Below, in pieces: positions 10,072 through 18,620 of a stretch of 64,000 nucleotides of DNA. A model generated the notes under the pieces. It made no database searches. It had not been told where the DNA came from and saw only the letters and a list, made by a program, of their open reading frames with translations. The DNA is from Chloroflexota bacterium (GTDB lineage: Bacteria; Chloroflexota; Dehalococcoidia; Lucifugimonadales; UBA3495). A program made the translations under genes and the position numbers. Where the stretch lies: contig JAQBVF010000009.1 in assembly GCA_027623675.1 (NCBI GenBank), forward strand, positions 42,113 to 106,112, in the 5' to 3' direction. Numbering within the stretch: the stretch's first letter is position 1; every line of letters begins with the position of its first letter.

Positions 10072-10449
10072 ATGGCTGAAGAGACCAAAGAGGAGATGCT
10101 GAAAAGGATCTCGGAGAACCGGGGTTACTCCCTGGAGATGCACCGGATCATGGCTGAGGTGGACCTGGATTGGGTCACCGCCTACAACCAGTTCATCGAC
10201 GCGACCTACACGGGGCAACGGCTATTGGACCGGAAGACCAAGGAATTGTTGCAGGTGGCGGTGGAAGCCGCTCTGAAAGCCGACGTTGACCAGATACAGG
10301 CCCACATCCACGTGGCGATACAAGAGGGCGCCTCACCCATGGAAGTGCTGGAAGCCATGCAATGCGTGATCATGCCCATGGGCGCCCTGGCCTACCGCCG
10401 CGGCCTGCAAGCCTGGTCCGCGGAGACCGGCATCGGCCTGGACAAGTAG
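10072..10449 (+). CDS. Carboxymuconolactone decarboxylase family protein
   Basis: LDRKTKEL...AHIHVAIQEGASPMEVLE; GAGGTG RBS before ATG at 10072. Confidence 0.85.
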   Translation: MAEETKEEMLKRISENRGYSLEMHRIMAEVDLDWVTAYNQFIDATYTGQRLLDRKTKELLQVAVEAALKADVDQIQAHIHVAIQEGASPMEVLEAMQCVIMPMGALAYRRGLQAWSAETGIGLDK

Positions 10450-10485
10450 GACATTACTCAGGTTGAGACCACGTTAACCAGTAAG

Positions 10486-10512
10486 GGGCATCCCGAAACT
10501 ATCGGGATGCCC
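10486..10512. terminator. Hairpin between convergent genes (probable terminator)
   Basis: GGGCATCCCGA-N5-TCGGGATGCCC. Confidence 0.6.
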
Positions 10513-10592
10513 TTAATTTCTCCGAGGAAAGACCAGCGGAGACACACTCCCGGCGAGGTGCCTTGCCCCAAAACTATCATTCAGACGAGTGA

Positions 10593-10661
10593 GTCATTCC
10601 GCGGAAGGAAAGAATCTGCCAATCATCAACTTGGCAGACCCTTCACTACGTTCAGGGTGAC
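10593..10661. repeat. REP/MITE-like palindromic element (GTCATTC...AAGAATCT...AGACCCTTC...GGGTGAC)
   Basis: Imperfect long palindrome with the same architecture as the element at 19843-19967. Confidence 0.55.
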
Positions 10662-10745
10662 ATCTAAGCAGCACACTTCATGCCCTAAACCGTTGCTGTT
10701 AGGGCAACGCCCCCGGCGAAGCCGGACCAACCCCGGCCGTGCCGG

Positions 10746-11528
10746 TTATTTTTGCCAGTTGACCTTGTTGGTCAGCGTGCCGATGTCGTTGATGGAGATG
10801 GAGCAGACATCGCCGTCGACCATGTTCTCGGTGGCGCCGTCGGTGCCCATCCACAGCACATCGCCGGGCACCAAGGTCAGGTACTCGCTCATCTTGCTGA
10901 TGAAGGTACGCACGCCGAAGATGGCCGTGGCCACATCGTACTCACCCACTATGCGGTCATTAATCTTGATCACCACGTGCAGGTCGTCGGGGTTCAGATC
11001 GGTGACGATCCAGGGGCCCATGGGCTTGAAGGTGTCGGTGTTCTTGGCCCGCCACATGGTGCGGTCGCCCCGCTGCCAGGTGCGCTCACTCACGTCGTTG
11101 CCGATGCTGTAACCCAGCACGTAGTCCAGCGCCTGGGCTTCGGTGACGTTGCGGCAGGTCTTGCCGATGACCACCACCAGTTCGCCCTCATACTGGAGCA
11201 TCTCAGTGGCGTCCTTGGGCACGATGATGTCATGGCCGTCGGGCACCAGGGCGTTGATGGCCCGGTAGCCCACATCAGCCTGCTTGGGCAGGACCGGCTC
11301 TTCACCGCGCATCTGGGCGGCCCAGGTCACGTGTTCCGGATAGTTGATGCCGGCGGCATAGAATGTGGGGGGAATAACCGGCACCTCCAGCTTCACCGCG
11401 TTCAATTTGTGCGACTTGCTGGTTTTCTTGTAGCTGTCGAAGGGGCTTCCTTCAACCGCGGTTACGGTGTCTCCCTCGATTATCCCGTAGGAGATGGGGC
11501 CACCGGTGGAGAATCTGCACCATTTCAT
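10746..11528 (-). CDS. Fumarylacetoacetate hydrolase family protein
   Basis: GINY, QYEGELVVVIGK, GNDVSER, KNTDTFKPMGP, TLVPGDVLWMGT. Confidence 0.92.
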   Translation of the reverse strand: MKWCRFSTGGPISYGIIEGDTVTAVEGSPFDSYKKTSKSHKLNAVKLEVPVIPPTFYAAGINYPEHVTWAAQMRGEEPVLPKQADVGYRAINALVPDGHDIIVPKDATEMLQYEGELVVVIGKTCRNVTEAQALDYVLGYSIGNDVSERTWQRGDRTMWRAKNTDTFKPMGPWIVTDLNPDDLHVVIKINDRIVGEYDVATAIFGVRTFISKMSEYLTLVPGDVLWMGTDGATENMVDGDVCSISINDIGTLTNKVNWQK

Positions 11529-11658
11529 ATCGTTCACCTCGTTTGTTGGCGATACCCAAGGCCGGTCCATCTCGCTGCCGGGCCGTGAGTCATGCAGGCC
11601 AATTTTACACCGCGCTCCGGCCCGGTCAAGCTGACGCCAACATCCTCTGGTTCACGGG

Positions 11659-11691
11659 TGTCTCACGGATGTCTCACGGATGTCTCATGGA
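11659..11691. repeat. 11-bp tandem repeat x3 (TGTCTCAYGGA)
   Basis: tgtctcacgga tgtctcacgga tgtctcatgga in the divergent intergenic region. Confidence 0.9.
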
Positions 11692-11784
11692 ACCCGCCGA
11701 AAATGGTAGAATCTAGCCCGCCAGACCTCAAATGCTCTGGGCGGCGGGGCCGGCAACGATACTAGAAACCAAGGTGGATGTGCC

Positions 11785-12555
11785 ATGCGACTGGAAGGAA
11801 AGACGGCCCTGATCACCGGCGCCAGCCGGAACATCGGCAAAGAGATTGCGTTGACCTTTGCCCGTGAGGGCGCCGACCTGGTTCTGAACACCCGGAACAG
11901 CGAAGCCGAACTGGAAGAGGTGGCCAGCGAGTGCCGGGAATTGGGCGTGAAGACCCACACGGTGATCGCCAACGTCGCCGAATCGGCCAGCGTCACCAAG
12001 ATGGTGGCAGATGGGATCCAGGCGTTGGGCAAGATCGACATCCTGGTCAATAACGTGGCCGTCCGCCCCCACAAACCCATCTTGGAGATAACCGACGAAG
12101 AGTGGCACACCACGCTGGGAATCAACCTGCACGCCGCGTTCTACCTGTGCCGGGCAGTGCTGCCCGGCATGATGGAACGGCAGAGCGGCAGTATCATCGC
12201 CCTGGGCGGGCAGTCGGCCATCACCGGCCGCCCCGGAACCAGCATCGTGACCACCGCCAAGACCGGGGTGCTGGGCCTGATTCGCGCCGTTGCGGCTGAG
12301 ATGGCACCCTACAACATCCGGGCCAACATGGTGAACCCCGGCTCCACCGACACCTCCCGGGGCAATCCCGAGTGGTATCCCGAGTTCCAAGCCGGCACCG
12401 ACCGAGGTTCGTCGGAGCACCTGAAATCCATCCCCATGGGCCGTCAGGCGACCGTGCAAGACATCGCCAACGCCTGCCTGTTCTTCGCCTCGGACGAGTC
12501 GGGCTACATCACCGGGGACAGCGTGAACGTCATGGGCGGCCGCTACATCTTCTAG
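11785..12555 (+). CDS. SDR family oxidoreductase (FabG-like)
   Basis: TGASRNIG, DILVNN, GYITG; the catalytic YxxxK is replaced by VTTAK. Confidence 0.9.
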   Translation: MRLEGKTALITGASRNIGKEIALTFAREGADLVLNTRNSEAELEEVASECRELGVKTHTVIANVAESASVTKMVADGIQALGKIDILVNNVAVRPHKPILEITDEEWHTTLGINLHAAFYLCRAVLPGMMERQSGSIIALGGQSAITGRPGTSIVTTAKTGVLGLIRAVAAEMAPYNIRANMVNPGSTDTSRGNPEWYPEFQAGTDRGSSEHLKSIPMGRQATVQDIANACLFFASDESGYITGDSVNVMGGRYIF

Positions 12556-12697
12556 CCAGGCTGAGCCTGGACCCGATTACCTCCGGAGCCCCATCTCGCT
12601 GCGCCGCACCGACAGAAGTCCCCCATTTCGTAAAGTGGGCTAGGGGGATTTTTCCCTGGTAGCGAAATGCCCCCTAGCGCGCCCACCAACCCACTAC

Positions 12698-13261
12698 CTA
12701 GATGGGCAGCGGCAGCTCCGTCAGGTTGTCGGGAAGGCCCACATCGAAGGCGTTGATGTTGAAGGCCAAGGCCGAGTAGTACCCCATCAGGTTGGTCAGT
12801 TCCACCAAGCCCAGGACGCCGAACTGCGCCTTGGCCGCGTCGAACGTTGCCTGGCTGACCCTGTGAGTGCGGAAGAACTCCCGGCCGTAGTTGACCACCG
12901 CCGACTCCTGGTCCGAAAGCCCCGTCAGTTCCTTCTTGTCGCGGAGATTGTCGACCAACGCGTCGCTCACACCGGCCTTGCGGGCATTGGCCGAGTGGGC
13001 GTTCCAGATGAACTGGCAGTCCAACTCCCGGGCGGTCAGTATCATGGCAAGCTCCCGGACGTTGGCCGGCAGGGTGATCTCATCTCCCCGGAAGTAGGCC
13101 CGGTAGTGCTCGCCGCGGCTGGCCAACTCGGGGCCGTTCAGCATGATGGCCACGGGGCCGATGTCCGGCACCACGCCGCCGCGTGACTTCACCAATTCGT
13201 CAAAGGCGGCCAGTTGGTCTTGTGGCACGCTCTCTCTACTGACTATAGGTATTCTCGACAT
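12698..13261 (-). CDS. Carboxymuconolactone decarboxylase family protein
   Basis: RELAMILTARELDCQFIWNAH, GLVELTNLMGYY; GGAGG RBS before ATG at 13261. Confidence 0.87.
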   Translation of the reverse strand: MSRIPIVSRESVPQDQLAAFDELVKSRGGVVPDIGPVAIMLNGPELASRGEHYRAYFRGDEITLPANVRELAMILTARELDCQFIWNAHSANARKAGVSDALVDNLRDKKELTGLSDQESAVVNYGREFFRTHRVSQATFDAAKAQFGVLGLVELTNLMGYYSALAFNINAFDVGLPDNLTELPLPI

Positions 13262-13382
13262 TTGATCCTCCCGATCTTCACATTCCTGATACCCGCCAAC
13301 GTCGGGCGGGCACCACATGATACAACAGCCCGCCGGCGTCCGGTGTGACAAGCGATCCGGAACTAAAGTAACCTTGTCCATT

Positions 13383-14900
13383 ATGTCTTCGACCGACCTG
13401 GACCATGCCGGCGGCACCTCCCTGACCCGCAGCCCAAACTACAAGTATTGGGTCTTTGGGGCCTTGGCCATCGGCACGTTCGCATCGGTGGTGGACCACG
13501 GCAGCGTCAACGTGGCCCTGCCGACCATCGCCACCAGATTCCAGACCGACCTGCCGACCATCCAATGGGTGGTCATAACCTACGCCCTCACCATCAGCGC
13601 GCTGCTGCTGCCCATGGGGCGTCTCTCGGACCTTATCGGCCGCCGTAAGGTGTACATCGCAGGAATGGCGGTGTTGGCCATCGGAGCGGCATTGGCCGGG
13701 CTGTCACCCAACCTGGAGATGCTGTTCCCGGCCCGGGTGCTGCAGGGCGTGGGCGCCGCCATGACCCAGGGCACGGGCATGGCCATCATCACATCAGCAT
13801 TCCCGCCCAACGAGAAAGGCCGGGCCATCGGACTGATCATGACCATGGTGGGGGTGGGCGCGGTTGCCGGTCCGGCCATCGGGGGGCTGGCCGTCGACGC
13901 CTTTGGCTGGCGCGCGGTGTTCTTCCTGACCATCCCCTTGGAGGTCATCGGCGTGGCCGTCACTCTGTGGGTGATGCGCGGCTGGGCGGACGTTCGGGAA
14001 TCCGGGAGAGCCCGGTTCGACTGGTTGGGAGCCACACTGTCGGCGGGGATATTGGTGGCCTTGCTGATCACCATGACCACCGGCAACAAGACCGGCTGGT
14101 TTTCGCCGGTCATCCTGGCCGCCTTCGCCGGGTCCGCCGCCATGCTCGCCACCTTCATATGGTGGGAATTGCACACCACCGCCCCAATGTTGGACCTGCG
14201 GCTATTCAAGGGCGTAACTTTCTCGCTGGGCGTGTCGGCGGCTTTCCTGACGTTCCTGGGGTCGTCGGCGGTCCTATTCCTGATGCCCTTCTATCTGCAG
14301 AACGTGTTGGGCTACAGCGCCAAGACCGCCGGCTTTGTCGTGGTGCCCGGAGCGTTATGCATGGCGGTGCTGGGGTCGGTCAGCGGGGTGCTCTCCGACC
14401 GGTTCGGGTGGCGTCCATTCACGGTGGGTGGCCTGGCGTCTTCGGCCACCGGACTTATCATCCTGTCGCGGGTCACCGAGACATCGCCGCTATGGATGGT
14501 GGTGCCGGCGCTGATGCTGATGAACAGCGGCATGGGAACCTTCTATTCGCCCAACTCCAGTTCGGTGATGAACTCGGTCAGTCCCGACAAGTACGGCGTG
14601 GTGTCCGGGTTCTTGAACCTGGTGCGAAACGCCGCCAACGTCACCAGCATCGCCGTCGCCACCATCATCGTCACCGCCACCATGGGTTCATTGGGCTTCG
14701 AGCCAAGCTTGGAAGCGGTCCGGGGCGGCAGCGAGGGGGTTGGCCACGCATTTACCGTGGGACTCCGCTACGCCTTCTTGGTGATGATGGGGATGGTTCT
14801 CTCAGCCATGACCATCTCCGCCCTGCAACGGGGACGCTCCGGAGAGGAGGCCGCTGACCCGGCGGCCGACGCCCTGGGAAGGTCCCAGGCCGACGATTAA
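13383..14900 (+). CDS. MFS efflux transporter, DHA2/EmrB-QacA family
   Basis: VNVALPTI, GRLSDLIGRR, RVLQGVG, GPAIGG, WRAVF, PMLDLRLF; about 14 TM segments. Confidence 0.92.
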   Translation: MSSTDLDHAGGTSLTRSPNYKYWVFGALAIGTFASVVDHGSVNVALPTIATRFQTDLPTIQWVVITYALTISALLLPMGRLSDLIGRRKVYIAGMAVLAIGAALAGLSPNLEMLFPARVLQGVGAAMTQGTGMAIITSAFPPNEKGRAIGLIMTMVGVGAVAGPAIGGLAVDAFGWRAVFFLTIPLEVIGVAVTLWVMRGWADVRESGRARFDWLGATLSAGILVALLITMTTGNKTGWFSPVILAAFAGSAAMLATFIWWELHTTAPMLDLRLFKGVTFSLGVSAAFLTFLGSSAVLFLMPFYLQNVLGYSAKTAGFVVVPGALCMAVLGSVSGVLSDRFGWRPFTVGGLASSATGLIILSRVTETSPLWMVVPALMLMNSGMGTFYSPNSSSVMNSVSPDKYGVVSGFLNLVRNAANVTSIAVATIIVTATMGSLGFEPSLEAVRGGSEGVGHAFTVGLRYAFLVMMGMVLSAMTISALQRGRSGEEAADPAADALGRSQADD

Positions 14901-14916
14901 CCGGCTGACAGTCAGC

Positions 14917-15252
14917 CTATAGAGGACTTTGTCCCAGCAATCCCGCGAACCGCAGGCCCCACAAGACTCCAGCCAGTCCCGTGGACAGTATCAACGTGAC
15001 GGTCGCCCGGTTCTTCCACGCCGACCCCCACCAGCTGCCATGAGACTGCGCCAGCCACCAGCCCCGCGCCAACATGAGCACGGTTAAAGCCAAGAAAGGC
15101 CAGGTCATCACCCGCAACGCGGGCGCCAAGGCCAACCCGGCCGACGTTCCCCCCAGAACACCGAGCAGGCCCGGGACCACTCATCACCAAGGAAGCGGCA
15201 ACAGTCCACTGAGCAGGCTTACGAACGGCTTTTCCAACGCAAATAGTTTCAT
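14917..15252 (-). CDS. merT: MerT-like mercuric transporter with tandem selenocysteines (U23-U24)
   Basis: ATG at 15252; MKLFALEKPFVSLLSGLLPLPW-TGA-TGA(15181-15186)-VVPGLLGVLGG...ALRVMTWPFLALTVLMLARGWWL...; 111 aa with about 3 TM segments; the two TGAs sit where MerT has Cys-Cys followed by xxP; directly downstream of merA. Confidence 0.75.
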
Positions 15253-15391
15253 TGTTTCCCCAACTCTCTCGTCAGATATCTGCCACGCACTACGGCTGCT
15301 CCGGGTGAGTAAACTCAAGGGCAGCGGTGGAACGGCCAGTCAGATCAGATTTTCCCAAGGCCCGCTGTCTGAAACTCAAGCGCAGGGTCAC

Positions 15392-16828
15392 CTACTCGAC
15401 GCAGCAACTCATCTGAGACACATCCCGCGTGAAGGCTTGCGCCGCTCGCTTTATACCCTCGCTCAGGGTCGGAAATACGTGGACGGTATCGATTATGTCG
15501 TCGATGGTCAGGCTGAATTTCACCGCCATAGTGGCTTCGTGAATCAGGTCCGCGGCATGGGGCGCGACGATGTGAACGCCAAGCACCTTGGAGTTACTTG
15601 GATCGATGACCATCTTGAAAACGCCACGGTCATCCTTGGTGGCCTCTGCCTTTGGGACCGCGTCCATGTAGATGGTGCGGCAAGCGCAGGCTTTGGTCCT
15701 GCGCATCAGCTCCTCTTCAGTGATGCCAACCGACCCCACCTCAGGGTCCGTGAAAACGGCATGGGGCACTTCGTCATAGTTGATGCTCCTACGCGCGGAA
15801 GTCAGCGCATTGTCCGCGGCCAACGCCCCTTCTTTGGCCGCGACCGTCTCCAACGCCATCTTTCCGACACAGTCGCCGGCGGCGAAGACGTCCGGGTTAT
15901 CGGTCTGGTAATACTCGTCGACCTGGATGAAACCGTTTCCGTTGGCTTTCACACCGGCTTTCTCCAGCTGTAACGCGCCGGTATTGGCCTGGATGCCCGC
16001 GGCCAGCAGCAATTGGTCCGCCTCCAGGTCGGTTGCCGTTGTAACAAGACTTCGGTTCCGTTGGACCCCGCTGCCGCCCCGGACCGTGACGATCTTCCTG
16101 CCGTTCCGTTCAGCCACCTTGTCCACCGTTACACCCACGTGAAACTCGATCCCCTCGTTCTCCAGGTTGCGTTGTAGTTCGGCGGCTACCTCCGGCTCCT
16201 CACGGGGCAGAATTCGGTCCATGGCCTCCACCACGGTTACCTTCGTGCCAAAGCGAGCGAACATCTGGGCGAATTCCAATCCCAAGGGCCCGCCGCCAAT
16301 AACGATCATTGATTCAGGCAGTTCTTGAAGCGCGAGCGCCGAGACGTTGTTCAGCCAGCGAACTTGGTCGATGCCGTCGATCGGCAGAACCCTAGTGGAA
16401 GACCCGGTGGCGATGATTATCTTCTCCGCTTCGTAGGTCTGACCGCCGGCTTCCACGGCATTCGGCCCAACGAAACTGGCCACAGCCTCTAGCAGGGTAA
16501 CCGTATCCAGGCCATCCAGAACGTTGCGGTAATTCCTCTGCCGCAAAGCGCCCACAAGCTCATCCTTTTCTTGGATGGCGGTCTTAAAATCGAAATCGGG
16601 GCGGCGCCCATTGGAGATAGAGTTGAAATTTGAGTGGGAGCTGTAAAAAAGGTCATTGCCCACGCTGAGCAGGTGTTTACTGGGAACACAGCCAACGTTG
16701 ACGCAGGTGCCGCCCAGGGGCAGGCCGCTGTTGATCATGAGCGCGCTCTTGCCAAGATCCGCCGCTTTGGTCGCCGCTGCGAAGGCCGCCGCTCCGCCTC
16801 CGATGATTATCAGGTCAAGCTTATCCAT
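15392..16828 (-). CDS. merA: Mercuric reductase, catalytic core only (no NmerA domain)
   Basis: GGGAAA FAD motif, [13 protein letters not shown] redox pair, HVFPTLSE, C-terminal [11 protein letters not shown] vicinal Cys pair. Confidence 0.93.
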   Translation of the reverse strand: MDKLDLIIIGGGAAAFAAATKAADLGKSALMINSGLPLGGTCVNVGCVPSKHLLSVGNDLFYSSHSNFNSISNGRRPDFDFKTAIQEKDELVGALRQRNYRNVLDGLDTVTLLEAVASFVGPNAVEAGGQTYEAEKIIIATGSSTRVLPIDGIDQVRWLNNVSALALQELPESMIVIGGGPLGLEFAQMFARFGTKVTVVEAMDRILPREEPEVAAELQRNLENEGIEFHVGVTVDKVAERNGRKIVTVRGGSGVQRNRSLVTTATDLEADQLLLAAGIQANTGALQLEKAGVKANGNGFIQVDEYYQTDNPDVFAAGDCVGKMALETVAAKEGALAADNALTSARRSINYDEVPHAVFTDPEVGSVGITEEELMRRTKACACRTIYMDAVPKAEATKDDRGVFKMVIDPSNSKVLGVHIVAPHAADLIHEATMAVKFSLTIDDIIDTVHVFPTLSEGIKRAAQAFTRDVSQMSCCVE

Positions 16829-17035
16829 GGTCGCCTCTCAGTTATTGTTGTTTTAATCAGGTTAGTTTGGCTTTTGACGAGGGGACATTTAGCTCAAGGA
16901 TGAACACATCCTAAGTGCGCTATTGAAGACTCGAGGCATACCCTCTCTCCACGAGTTGCTTCAGCAATGTTTCGGCGTTACTGGACCGAAACTTTCCCCC
17001 ACTGTCTGGATTCCGATAAACGATCGAGGCCTTGA

Positions 17036-17560
17036 TCACAGCGTCCGTTCAATCTCGGTCTTCAAAACGTCGTACGACGTAGCGCCGCCGTCACGGTAGG
17101 AGACGAGTCCATTTCGATCCAGGATTATGGTCGTGCCCAGGCTCGTCACTCCGAACTCCTTGACCAACCGGCCGCCGGTATCGTTTGCCCAGGTCACATC
17201 TTCAGCCCCCTTGCTATGCCAGTAATCGCGCCATTCCTCCACGGAGACCCAGGCGGCGGTATTGATGGCCAGAACCTGGACTCCCTGGGACTGAAATTCC
17301 CGTTGCGCCCGCCCTAAGGCTGGAGCCTCCAGCCCGCAGGTGGGTCAACCGGGAAACGAGAAGTAAAGGACCACGGTTTTACCCAGGTAGTCGTCCATCG
17401 CCAAGGAGACTGCTGGAACAGCTCCGCCGGGTCCGTCGGCGGCCGGAGGGCCGGAATCGTTCGCCCCTGAGACGGCCGTGTTGCCTCCGCAGCCGGCCAG
17501 CGCGGCGGTCAATGCCAACATGATCAGAAAAGCGAGCGCCCTGGGGTAGGTTGATCTCAA
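17036..17560 (-). CDS. TlpA/ResA-like thioredoxin-fold lipoprotein, selenoprotein (U72-P-T-C)
   Basis: ORFs 17345-17560 and 17036-17242 share one frame joined by TGA at 17345-17347: ...GKTVVLYFSFPG-U-PTCGLEAPALGRAQREFQSQGVQVLAIN...FGVTSLGTTIILDRNG; lipobox LAGC; 174 aa. Confidence 0.88.
17318..17334 (-). other. SECIS-like hairpin for the TGA at 17345
   Basis: GGCTGGAG-G-CTCCAGCC inverted repeat starting 10 nt after the UGA. Confidence 0.65.
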
Positions 17561-17575
17561 ATCAGCTCCGGAGGG

Positions 17576-17740
17576 TCAACTTGGAATATGGTGGTCAAGC
17601 GAAGCGGTCGATCCTGGTACCGGGTCTGGTGTTTCGGGTGGCCCGCTTGGGGACCGGCGGAACACCATGGCGCCCAGCCCGATCATGGCCGGGATCAAGA
17701 TACAGCAGATAACCGGAAATGCGGCCAGGAAAGCTCCCAC
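17576..17740 (-). CDS. Small single-TM membrane protein with a Cys-Cys motif (MerF/MerT TM1-like)
   Basis: GTG start: MGAFLAAFPVICCILIPAMIGLGAMVFRRSPSGPPETPDPVPGSTASLDHHIPS* (54 aa); fills the gap within the operon; an alternative start ATG 17773 needs read-through of TGA 17759-17761. Confidence 0.6.
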   Translation of the reverse strand: MGAFLAAFPVICCILIPAMIGLGAMVFRRSPSGPPETPDPVPGSTASLDHHIPS

Positions 17741-17828
17741 GATTACCTGCTTCGCCTTTCAGAAGTAGTCCATGAAACCGACCGCGGCTTTTGGCTCCGG
17801 TAGAACGCCAATTTCGGTGGTGCGGCCA

Positions 17829-18065
17829 CTATTCAGCCAGCAATTTTTCGAAGCGGGCGCGGTCAAATCCCACCACGACCTCGCCGTCGATCACGGTAAC
17901 CGGGGTGGTCAACACACCCAGCTTCATCAACTCGTCCATTGCGGACTTGTCGTTCATGACATCCCGTTCCACAAAAGGAACATCCCGTTGCAAAAGATAA
18001 TCTTTTGCCATCTCACAGAAGTGTCAACCGTCGGGTTGGGTGTAAACGAATATCTCGCGTGTCAT
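17829..18065 (-). CDS. Glutaredoxin/NrdH-like selenoprotein (U14-H-F-C)
   Basis: AAGGAG RBS, ATG at 18065: MTREIFVYTQPDG-U(TGA 18024-18026)-HFCEMAKDYLLQRDVPFVERDV...TTPVTVIDGEVVVGFD; 78 aa. Confidence 0.9.
17990..18008 (-). other. SECIS-like hairpin for the TGA at 18024
   Basis: GCAAAAGA-TTA-TCTTTTGC stem starting 15 nt after the UGA. Confidence 0.55.
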
Positions 18066-18115
18066 GAACTCTCCTTACTAAACTGATGGCTGGCTAAACA
18101 CCTGAGCGTGGCGTA

Positions 18116-18559
18116 CTACCGAGGACGTTTGACGGCTGGGGCGGTCCGACGGTGTGCGACGTCGCTCTGTTCGATTATCGAGCAGATCTCCCCTCCCTCG
18201 GTCTTGCAGTCGACCAGGCCGATCGAGTGCTCTCTTAGCTCGACCAGGTCGCCTTTGAGGGCTTTCAGGTCTTCTATTGATGCCTCAACATCCGATATCT
18301 TTTGGTCCAACAGGTCGCGGACGTGGATGCACGTCGCTTCTTTCGCGTCATGCAATCGAAAGATTCCCCGAATCTCATTCAAAGAGAACCCCAATCGCTT
18401 CGCTTTAAGGATGAATTCCAGCCTACTCAACGACTCCCCATCGTACGAACGGTAGCCCCCAGTTGTCCTTGGGGGCTCCGGCATCAGGCCTTCGGCCTCA
18501 TAGAACCTGATGGTCTTGGTGTTCGTGCCGGTGGCGCGGGCCAATTCGCCAATCTTCAC
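18116..18559 (-). CDS. merR: MerR-family heavy-metal-responsive regulator
   Basis: MKIGELA...TIRFYEAEGL...GGYRSY, LGFSLNEI; three Cys (ATCIHV, VDCKT, EICSII) in the MerR/CadR/PbrR arrangement; first gene of the merA operon. Confidence 0.88.
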   Translation of the reverse strand: MKIGELARATGTNTKTIRFYEAEGLMPEPPRTTGGYRSYDGESLSRLEFILKAKRLGFSLNEIRGIFRLHDAKEATCIHVRDLLDQKISDVEASIEDLKALKGDLVELREHSIGLVDCKTEGGEICSIIEQSDVAHRRTAPAVKRPR

Positions 18560-18588
18560 TGATCGCTCCTGGATAGCTGCTGAATCCG

Positions 18589-18620
18589 ATTCTAAACCTT
18601 CCAGTATACTGGAATGTCAA
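18589..18620 (-). promoter_or_regulatory. MerR-type promoter/operator: TTGACA-20bp-TAGAAT with perfect dyad TTCCAGTATACTGGAA
   Basis: -35 at 18615-18620, -10 at 18589-18594, palindrome at 18599-18614 inside the elongated spacer. Confidence 0.9.

Noticed and set aside
14917..18065. The mer accessory genes are simply nonsense pseudogenes
   Set aside because: All four stops are TGA (never TAA/TAG), all sit at Cys-motif positions, there are no frameshifts, and merA, merR and the operator are intact. It cannot be formally excluded without finding the sel genes.
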